Shown here in pieces: positions 1-9,921 of a DNA stretch of 64,000 bases (positions are counted from its first letter, which is position 1; each line of letters opens with the position of its first letter). The notes under the pieces were generated by a model. The model ran no database searches, was not told the DNA's origin, and saw nothing but the letters and a program-made list of their open reading frames with translations. Source of the DNA: Vicugna vicugna (Eukaryota); assembly GCA_013265495.1 (NCBI GenBank), contig MU057959.1, forward strand, positions 199,202 to 263,201, given 5' to 3'. The translations under genes and the position numbers were made by a program.

Positions 1-182
1 TATGTCTGTGAGTCTGTTTCTGTTCTGTATTTATGCTTTGTTTGTTTGTTTGTTTGTTTTTTAGATTCCACACGTGAGCAATCATATATAGTATTTTTCT
101 TTCCCTTTCTGTCTTACTTCACTTAGAATGACACTCTCCAGGAGCAACCATGTTGCTGCAAATGGCGTTATGTTGTCGGTTT
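1..182 (-). mobile_element. Young LINE-1 3' UTR fragment (camelid-type), cut by window edge
   Basis: Closely matches the L1 copy at ~43225-43392 (ttagattcca...tccaggagca.ccatgttgctgcaaatgg..ttatgttgtc.gttt). Confidence 0.85.
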
Positions 183-780
183 CATGTTGACTTTAGAATC
201 CTTTATCTTTAACTGTGGCTTCTTCTAATTATAATATGTCTTGCTGAGGGCCTGTTTGGGTTCTTCTTGTTTCAGACCGTATGTGCTTCCTGTACTCGGA
301 TATCTGTTTCCTGACTTAGGGTTAGAAAGCTTTCAGTCTTGATTTCTTCAGAGACCTTTTCAGTCCCCTTCTCTCTTTCTCTTCCTCTGAGACCCCTATT
401 ACGTGTAGTTTTTCATGCTTTATATTATCCCATTGGTCCCTTACATTGCTTTAGACTTGCTTGTCTGTCTGCTGTTCTGATTGGGTGACTTCTGTTGTCC
501 TGTCTTCCAAGTCAGTTATTCATTTCTCTGCATTATCTAGTCTACTCTTGACTGTCTTTAGCCTGGCTCTTATATCAGCCTTTGGGTTTTCTGTTTTGAA
601 TTGACTTGTCTTTATAGTTTCTATTTCTTTTTTCTAGTATTCTCTCTCTGTTCATAGTCTCTCTTATTTCCTTCGGTGCTTTTATCACCCTTTTTTGGAA
701 GTCATGATCTAGTCGATTGTTGAGATCCATCCCGTGGTTTAATCTTTCAGGGGATTTCTCTTGTTTGATTACCTTTTATA
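183..780 (-). mobile_element. Older LINE-1 fragment, ORF1 region, antisense
   Basis: T-rich antisense L1 ORF1-type motifs (atatgtcttg..., gcttcctgtactcggatatctgtttcc, gagacccctatta, ctgttctgattgggtga, attctctgcattatctagtcta). Confidence 0.7.
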
Positions 781-797
781 TGGAACTTGTTGACAGT

Positions 798-823
798 GGG
801 CGGGTGGGGCTTGGGGGTTAGGG
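798..823 (+). other. Putative G-quadruplex motif
   Basis: GGGCGGGTGGGGCTTGGGGGTTAGGG: five G-tracts with 1-3 nt loops. Confidence 0.6.
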
Positions 824-1042
824 AGACCACTCAGGGGTCTTGTTGAAAATCGGAGCAATGGATGAGTTGGAATGGAACATAGTTGTTCTGAGTGGCTGTG
901 GGCTCACTGACGACTCATGCTTGGTTTCTGCAAACATTTTGAAACAGAACCTTTGTAATGTGCTTGAAGATGACACGTGAATGGTGAGACAGAGAACAGC
1001 CAAACATGTAGAAGTCTGCAGACCCCAGAGACCCAGAAGGCT

Positions 1043-1061
1043 GGGCTTGGGTGGGTTGGGG
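1043..1061 (+). other. Putative G-quadruplex motif
   Basis: GGGCTTGGGTGGGTTGGGG: four G-tracts with 1-3 nt loops. Confidence 0.55.
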
Positions 1062-4000
1062 ACACATGGTGCTGGGTCCATGTTGGGACATGTTACATCT
1101 CCGGATGTAGCTGACATTTTTGTCAGACCCCTTGGCTGGTGTCCCAAACAGCCAACCTCAGTGCTGGTTTCCCTGAGTCAGCGTTCATCTCACCCTGAGC
1201 TGAGCAGGTAGCAGGTTGTATAAGGCTCTGTGCCATGTTTTCTTGTTCCAGGACCTGCGACGAGACCCAGCTCTTTATGGGGGAAGTGTCCACCATGCTG
1301 GTGACCATGGGAGAGACAGGAACCCCAGGATGGCATTGAGAGTGTCTTCTCAGAGGTGGCACATGGGACAACATCTCACACGGTAAGAATTTGACATTAT
1401 CCATTACATTTAGTGGTGAGGAAGTCACAGTTGGTAATCCTTTCTTTATATTTTAGCTCATATCCATATTACTGGCATAAGCTTTGTAGTGCATTGTAGA
1501 GAGACTTGGGGAAAAAAAATAAAAGAGAAGAGACTTAAAAAGGAGAGAGAGGTGTACACATGTCTAGACAACTCTTGTAGAATTTTGCAAGAAACAAAGA
1601 GAGAAGCATGGCATCTTGGGGGAGGAAAATGTACTGAAGATACTTTTTATTTTAGTTTAGGAGGAATAAATTAAAATAACAATTGATTCAGAAGAGAGTG
1701 AAATAACCATATATAGCAAATATATATTTCGCCAACCCTATAATATTGTTTGCAAACATAAAAAAAATCTTAAAATTTAATAATTTCTCAAGAAGGTTGT
1801 GTTAGAATTCTCCAGAGAAGTAGAACAAATTAAAGACATATACTGAATATATATTATATGTAATAAGTATCTATACTATAAGTATATTTATGTATCTTAT
1901 TATATATTTATTAGACATATTTATTATATATTATGCTTGTATATAAATAAAAGAAACATATGTTTATCATAAGTATTTTATAGAAAATTGAGGTTGAACA
2001 GAGCAGAGTATTTTTGCATGCATAGAGAAATGAGTGAAAACATTTAATATACCCTTATTGATATTTAAGCTCACACTACCATATTCTTTGAGGGTCTCAC
2101 CTGTTTAGATTTTATGGTTGAGCAAAATAAACAGTGAGGAAATTACGCATCCCATCTGTCTCTGTGCTTGAAGGGAAGGACAGATTTTTGGAATTCTAAG
2201 GGAAACACACCAAATTTTCAGCAGTTCAGTGCACGAGTTCCAGAGCAGGAAATCCGGTGGCGCGACTCTGATTTTCCTGTCTGGGGGACTGTTGGATGTG
2301 AGTTTGAAATGGGCCTGATAGGCTCGGTGAAGGGGCACGTTGGACTGTCACTTCTGCGGGTACCAAAGTCCTACCCAGAGCCTGCCTCTCTGGGCATCAT
2401 GTTGGGGCGAAGTGAACAGCATGGTGCTTGAGAGCTTGTGTCTTCACAACTTCCCCAGATGGGTTGGCACCTGGGAAACCGTACGTGGAGGTGTGCAGGG
2501 TGGCGTAAAGTCGCTGAGTGGACAATGAGTGCTGAAATTGTAGCTGAAACCTGAAGTCAGCGCAGCTGGCACAGGGATCACAGATTACGGGGAAGGGAGG
2601 GGAGATAAAGGGTCGGCCAGTTGTGCGTGTCACTAACGCCTCTGCTGGCGTGCGGGCTTACATGACACTGTTGGCTTCAAACCCACGAGATGACCTTGTC
2701 CTCTGACCCTGTCGAACGCGTCATTTCCCGTTTCCATGTGAAACGTTCCGTTGACCCAGGAAATGTCTACTTAGGTCTGTTTGGTTGGCCTACTTCCAGT
2801 AAGAAATTCAGAAAGCTGTGAAAGTGTGGTTTTGTGTTGGACACGAGGATCATGTGACTGTGTTTTGCTGGGGCTTAGCATTGAAGTCCCACACGGTCAG
2901 AAAAGCCTCCCCATGTTTCCAACTTTGTGTCTATTCGTGAAAATAACGGCCAGGCTCATGGGCGCTTATGTCCGTATCCCTGAGGTCAGCTGGCTGCACG
3001 CTCAGCGGCGAGGACGCAGCAAATGTAACAGTCCTTCCTAAGTTCCTGAGTTTCCCCTGCAACCTGTAGGTTATACTGACCGTGAACATCTTGAATGAAT
3101 AGTCTCCCTAAGCTGCTGGTACCAGCGGGTTGACAGTAAGAGGCTGTTTGAAGTCTCACTCCCGAGACAAGATGCTCTATTCAAAGTGTCTGCTTTGCAA
3201 ACTTGAGTACATCTTCCTCCAACTCTGAAGACCTCTTTACAAACACACCAAGTGCTTGTTTGGGCTTACTACTGATTCTTTAAAAAAGAAAAAGAAAAAG
3301 AAAAATACATTAAAACTCTTCTTTATTGTAATTCAGATAGCTTGTCGCATCTTCTTTCTCTGCGAAGTCGTAACTGGGCAATTTTCTATTATTTTCCTTT
3401 TCTTTGCATTTGAAGTTGCATCTTTTTGATGCCTGTGTTATGACTGTCTTTATTGCATAAAATATCCTTGAGTGCTCTGTGTACTTGTTTTTTTAAACAG
3501 GAAACTCCATGTCTGTCTGAAAATTTCCTATCAACTAGTCCCTGTGAAATGTTGTTTTTGTCAGTATTTTACCTTTTCACAAAAGACTTTATTTTTACTT
3601 CACTTCCAGGCATGTGTATGGTTATAAAATGGAGCAGAATTAAAAGATCTAACTTTAAATGCATTTCCATGTACCGCTGGTAAAGAGAAGGGTATTACAT
3701 AGAAATTCCAATAAACTCATCTATTGCATCATGTATGACCTTGCGTGTGTGTGTGTGTGTGTGTGGACCACGGACGCTTGCTCTTCTGTGACCAACAAAA
3801 CCAAGTGGCCAATGCACGTATGGGATAAAATTGCTAATATCCACGATGACAGAAGACCTTCTGTTTACTTTTCTCTGCTGCTTTTGCCTAAAGACTGATT
3901 TTACATCCTCTCTTATTCAAAAGCTCTACTTGACTATGACACGGTATTGTCAAATAGAATAGGAGTGAAATGAAATAAAACAATGATCTTCCTTTTAAGG

Positions 4001-4275
4001 ACGTAACTTCAGTTAGGGAAAAGAAAAACCCCATTATGTTAAATAAAATAAGGTGGTAAACCACGTGGCAGGAGCCTCGATGAGCTTGGTTTCTGTGCTT
4101 GACTCTGACGCGTTAGCATTTCTTGGGTAAATATTTGCTGTTTCAGAACAGAATGCTGTTATACGTGTTTGTTTTGCCAACTACATGACTCCGAGTGTCA
4201 GAATCACGGGAGGAGACTTGTTTACATAGAGCTGGAGGAAAACGGCTGTCTGTTATCTTTCATCTCTTACAATAT

Positions 4276-4629
4276 TGTCGGGGAGGGGGAGGTTCAACCC
4301 CGCTCCCCCCTCCGGACGTCTTGTGGCTGGGCTAATGATGAATTTGACACAAGGCAGGTGACCAGGAGCGAAAGGGGACTCGTTTTAATTTGTGAGCACG
4401 GAGGCGTCACTGGAAAGGGACCTAAGAATTGGCCAAAGCAGGCACGGGTTATGCCTTTTAGAAAAAGAAACCATATGTTTGTTAGGAACTGGCAGGGCTG
4501 AGCAACACAGGTGTTTAGTTAGTGAAGCATGTAAACTGAGTTCAGCCTTGGGGTAGTCAATTAAAGACAAAAAGAAGGTGCTGTTCCCCAGAAACGACAC
4601 AACATTGTAAACTCACTATACTTCAATAA

Positions 4630-4710
<81 letters not shown>

Positions 4711-4958
4711 GCACAAAAAAAGTTTGTTTATACAGGCTTCTCAGTGCCAAATTCCCCACCTCTGAGGATCAGGGCATCCTGCCACCTCCAGATGCAGGGG
4801 GGTCACCTTTCACAGGGGAGACTTATCTCCTGCTTCAGGGAGGAAGAGCGGAGGGTCACAGTGGCCCTCTTGCACTGGCTGCTTCTCAAGTAACTTTAAT
4901 TGAGAATAATCAATATGCCATCAAGGTACATTTGGGGCAGCCTCCCTGGGCCATTACA
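4276..4958 (-). mobile_element. Solo ERV1-class LTR (MER34/MER39-like), interrupted by a short L1 insertion
   Basis: TG...CA termini; right end (aataatcaatatgcca...catttggggcag...ttaca) resembles the reverse complement of MER34/39-type LTR 5' ends. Confidence 0.6.
4578..4712 (+). mobile_element. Extremely 5'-truncated L1 3' terminus with (TAAA)n(CA)n tail
   Basis: tgctgt...ccagaaac.gacacaacattgtaaactcactatacttcaat is the L1 terminus (cf. 36098-36144); probable TSD ACAAAAAGAAG (4567-4577) / ACAAAAAAAG (4713-4722). Confidence 0.75.
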
Positions 4959-5363
4959 TATTTGCGCGCACACACACACACACGTACGTTTCTTCCAAGT
5001 AACGGCACCATTAGATGGATGAAGGCACAGGCAGGTGTTCTGTGCGCCATGCGGCTCTCCCAGAGCCTCACTTCCAGCACATCGAGCCGCGTCTCTCTTT
5101 CCAGAAACTTGCTCTGGCGCCTGAACTGCTAGATGACCATGGAGAGCCTATAATGTTGAGCCCTTTTGTTTTTGGGGGCAAAAAATTATCTGCCAATGAT
5201 AGTCATTGCTTACCTGTTTTTAAAACAGAGCAGCAGAAAGAGCAGGTAACTGATGGGAAAAAAAATAACCACAGCTTCTCAGAAGGAAAAAGTGTTCCTG
5301 TCTAATTGCAGACCAACATACAGCCTGAACTGTGTGGCAGGTATTTCAAGCAGCCCTGGCTGC

Positions 5364-5499
5364 TTTTATTTTATTTTATTTTATTTTATTTTATTTTATT
5401 CTTTATTTTTTATTTTTTATATTTTTGTATTTTTTATATTTTATATTCTTTGTATTTTTTAAATATTTTTTATTATTTATTTTATTCTTTATTTTTATT
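5364..5499. repeat. (ATTTT)n microsatellite grading into degenerate T/A low complexity
   Basis: Directly visible. Confidence 0.9.
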
Positions 5500-8400
5500 C
5501 TCTGCTTCCCATGTTTCTCCTAAATCTTTGGAAACTATTTAACAATATCTTTTATTTTTTTTGATTGAAGGAAAGTCAGTTATAATGTGTCCATTTCTGG
5601 TGTATTTTCTTATTACTGTTCTTATTTAAAATGTAATCAATGAATAATAAGATTGTTTAAAATGTAACAAGTGAATACAATGTGAACTTTAATGGAAAAC
5701 TGAGACCCCTGTTTAGATGTGGCTCTGAGACCTGGGTTGAGCATTATTGGTACCAAGGAAAACGTTCTGTTTATGAAATAATGTGAAATATGAAAACTGT
5801 TTATTTTTTTAAGCGCCAATGCCAAACAATTTTTGATGTCAGGGTACAGTTTGGATTTCTTATTTTCCATGTATATTTATATGTTGAAACTGGGTGTGTT
5901 CTCTTTGGAAGCTGGTGATTAAGAAAAAGGCGGTGCACCGTGTATAATCTTTTTATCTGCAGGAAATTATGTCTTAGAAAAAATCATCAGCAAAATATCA
6001 GGTATCTTTCACTCTGCATAAAGGGTTTATTCTTTTTCCTTCAACACCATTTATTTCATTCTTTAACCCTCAATATTGTAAAACAGTGTGGTTAGTCACT
6101 TAAATAACAGATATGCTTGTAGTTGGACTAGAACCGTGTGTTTCTTTGGGTTTTCGTCTTCTGCCCAGTTCTGAGAGTGGGAGCAGAGCACGGGGGGCAG
6201 ACCTCACTGTCGTCAAATCTGGGCTAGAAGTGGACCTGGGACTAGCTTTGTGGACAGATGTCTTGGTGCTGAACGTGCCTTGGGAGTTAGAAACAAAGGA
6301 TTGGGTAAATTAACTCTGCTTCAGTAAAAATAATTTTTTAAAAAAGGGGGGGTTGGGAGGAGGGCCCTGGAGGAACGCGTGGGTCTCCCCGCTCAGCTTT
6401 GACTGTGTTTTCTAGGGTCCTCATCCTCAAGCTCCCACCTCGCATTAACTTGCTCTCACAGGGATTTCCTAGAGCATCTAGGAACCTTGCCTTCTGATTC
6501 TTCCGAGGCTGTTGTCAGGAACTCAGACACAGTTCCTCCTTCTCAGAGGTCTGGCCAGGGTCCCGATGAGTACATTCTCCTTGTCAAATAGCCATACCCG
6601 GTGGGGGGAAAAATCCTAAGACAAGACAGAAATCCCTCCAGATAGCCTCAAACAGCTCAGACCCACAGGATTCTCTCTCACTCATTTCATTAACCACTTA
6701 ATGCCCTTCCTTCCATGTGAAAATTTTCTCCAGTAAAAAAGTGTCTTCCTCCTCATAGAAATCATCAAAATACTTTATATTTCTTCTTCTTGTTGTTGTC
6801 TGATGCGAAAGGCATCTATTTTTTTTTCTTTCAATCGTGTTTTAAATCAAAATGCAAATAATGATAGATACTAACTTTAATTTAGTAGAAGGGTGGCCCT
6901 TGTAGGGGAGGACTTGCCACTGGAGGAGGGAGACACAGCTGCAGAGAGGAGGACCTGCCCTTGGAGATTTGTTGTTGAAAGACAAGAAATTAAAACAAAA
7001 AAGCAAGTAGTGAAAATTACCAGCCCTACAACGTCGAGAGTGTGCCACAGTTCGCGCTCTCCCTCCAAAACAAAACAAGCAAAAACCAAACCAAATCAAA
7101 CCTCCAAGGGAGAGACAAAGCATTTTCCTTTTTAGGATTCATAATTATGAATCCCCTGAAACCTTGATAAATACAGGGAAACAGTTCTAAATGGCACAAA
7201 GGCAAAAACAGAAATCAGGGGAGATGATTGCCTTTTAAGTGTTCTGCCATCGGTCTAATTAATACGTCTTTGTTCGTGGTCTTTTCGGGTCTTCCCTTTT
7301 GCTGACTTGTCCCAGTTTGACGCGCCTCAGTCTTACTGTTTCTTTGTCTTGTCTTGGTCTGCGTCTCCATCCCTGTTGGACTCCAGTCCAGGTGAACTCC
7401 TCAGCACGCGCGTGATGCACATTTTGCAGGAAGCTGGCTGGCTTCAGCCGGTGCCCCTCTGGAGCAATCTTTACAGTCTGTGTCCATCTTTGGCAGACCC
7501 AGTCTTTCTGTCTCCTGGGCTCATGTATATATCACCTTTGTCACGCTCTCGTCCACTAAGGGATGGCCACGTGGTGGACCTCCATCCAGGGACCTGTGGA
7601 TGGGTGCCCCTCATCCCACAATGAATCCATAAATGCCTCTAATATCCTCCCACCTTGTCTTCCTCTTCCCTCACCTGTGAGCTGAAACCGTGATCGTCAA
7701 GTTCTGTATTCTGCAGGCTGGATGCGAGGCGTCTGAAGAAGAAATGCTTTGTGTTTGAGACGGGATTTCCTGAAGCCTCCATAGTGTGCTCTGGGTCCAG
7801 TAATTCTGGCAGGTTGCTATCTGATGGTCAGTGAAGCCAGCACAGTGCAGAAGCATCACTCTGGCCTTTTAATGTGGACCGTGGATGGGAGAGAAAACAT
7901 TTAGAGAGAACAAACTCCTATGTGTTGAGATTTGAGGTTCATCAGATGTGAGCAAGCATGTCTCTTACGTGATAAACAGTCGAGGTGAATTACATTCATG
8001 TCAGTTAAAAACTAATGCTTCCCTTCAGATAAACAGTGACCCAAAGTCGTCCATGTAAAAACTTGTTGGACACCCCTGGAAATGCTACAGTTTGTAGATT
8101 CCAATAATTATTAATAGTTAAAGGCCGTCAGGTACTTACCCCAGAGTGCATCTCTGTGTACGTGGTCCACCGTAAGGACCGAGCGGCTTCTGGACTGCAC
8201 AGATCCAAAGGGTCCTCATGCAAAGAAGGAGAGCCTGTGACTTGCCTCTTCAAAGGCTCAGGAAATGCTCGCATGTTCTCCACTTTGAAAACTACTGATG
8301 TCACAAAATACCTGACAGCCGTGTATTCACTAACCCATCACCGTTAGAATCCTCCTCTTTATATCCCGTGTTACACAGTATCACACAAATGAGTACTGAA

Positions 8401-8547
8401 CGAAAGCGTTCACTTATAAAAGGGGGGCCCAGCTTACTTCCCTCCCGTTCTGCCGTGCACCTCGACACGGTGTTTTGAAATGTCCTTTAGTGCTGGTTTT
8501 TTTCAACTGTGAAAAGGACCCCCAGTGGCCCCTCTCTCTCTGTCTTT

Positions 8548-8628
8548 AAAGGAGGGACTGGGGGTGGAACCCAGGACGTTATGCATGCTAAGCATGTGCT
8601 CTACCCCTGAGCTATACGCACTCCCCTG
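8548..8628 (-). mobile_element. tRNA-Ala(AGC)-derived SINE head / tail-less retrocopy (Vic-1-like)
   Basis: Reverse complement has A box (tagctcaggggtag), anticodon arm gcttAGCatgc and B-box-like gggttccacccc; TSD CTCTGTCTTT at 8538-8547 and 8629-8638. Confidence 0.8.
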
Positions 8629-8865
8629 CTCTGTCTTTTGAGATGGGCCCGTAGGCAGTGGGGAAACGTAAATTCAGAAAATGACAGAGCAGTAAGCAAC
8701 CTTAAAATCTGTCCACGTTTGCCCCATTAAAACATCTGTGGAAAAGTCCGCATCAGCCTACCTCATCCAGACGTAAAGAGGACAACGTAAGACTTAATTC
8801 TGTGTCTTTTGATGCGTTTCCATCGCTCTGCCTACCAAACTATGTTCAGTGACTTACATTTTTAA

Positions 8866-9017
8866 AAAATATATTTTATTTTATTTATTTATTTTTGTCT
8901 GTTTTGGGGGGAGGTACTTAGGTTTGTTTGTTTATTTAATGGAGGTACTGGGGATGGAACCCGTGACCTCATGCGTGCTAAGCATGTGCTCTGCCCCTGA
9001 GCTATACCCTCCTGCAA
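8866..9017 (-). mobile_element. tRNA-Ala-derived SINE (Vic-1-like), full length
   Basis: tRNA head, AT-rich linker, cctaagtacctcccccc motif and A-rich tail; TSD TGA(C/G)TTACATTTTTAA at 8850-8865 and 9018-9033. Confidence 0.88.
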
Positions 9018-9864
9018 TGAGTTACATTTTTAATTGCAGTCACCTAGCAAAGACCAATCATCAAATGTAGATTATATAAAAGTCTCCTTTCACATAGCAG
9101 CGCTCAGGGAGTTCTCCCTGAGTGGTGGGTCCGCGGGCGCTGGGAAACTGCCCCGACCCGCCTCGCTTCATCCGGAGCTGCTCCGGGATCACAGTCCCCA
9201 CGTTCACGATCGCTCCTCGCTGCCGCACAAGTTCATTCAAACACGAGCCCTTTGTCGCCAGCTGGGCGCTGAGAACCCCCGTGGAGCGTTCCATCAGCAC
9301 TGATCAAAAGCCGAGCATTAGTGCGGCTCAGAGAGCTTTAAATTCAAGCTCCCGTCTTATGAGAGCTGAGCACAGACTGCTTTTTGATGTCAGACCCTGT
9401 CAAAACCGGGACCGCAGACGTCTTCTCTGGGTCGGGCTGTGCTGCGTGCTGGCTCTCCTGCACGGGTGACACCGCCGGACACCGAGTGAGCATCCGGGCT
9501 GCGGGACTCTGGGTACACACACTTTCCCCAGGGCTCTTTGCTTGAACGTGTTTATTTAGATGTTTTCCAAATTAAAGTCACGATTTGGTAAGGGAAGGCG
9601 GCATGGCAAAATTAAACAAGTCACGTAAGTGACCGAGTTTGAGGGGAGATGGGAAAGTCATTGTCCCCAGAAGGAGTTTTATTTTCCTTACATAGAAAGA
9701 ATATGTGATCAATGTGGATGAATATGCGATCAGCATGTCATGAACGTCCACTGGTGTTTGGGGAGGACTGTGTGAGTTTGTTCCGGCTGCCATCACAGAA
9801 TACCTTGTATGCTGGGTGGCTGCAGCTGCGTGCTGATCAGAGTGCAATTATGTTGCATGCTCAA

Positions 9865-9921
9865 TATGCTACACACCTGAGACTGATACAATGTTGTGAA
9901 TCAAGTATGTCTCAAAAAAAA
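9865..9921 (+). mobile_element. Short L1 3' terminus
   Basis: tatgctacacacctgagactgatacaatgttgtgaatcaagtatgtctc followed by an A tract. Confidence 0.65.

Noticed and set aside
5253..5542. Hydrophobic Phe/Ile/Tyr-rich ORFs
   Set aside because: Translation of (ATTTT)n low-complexity DNA
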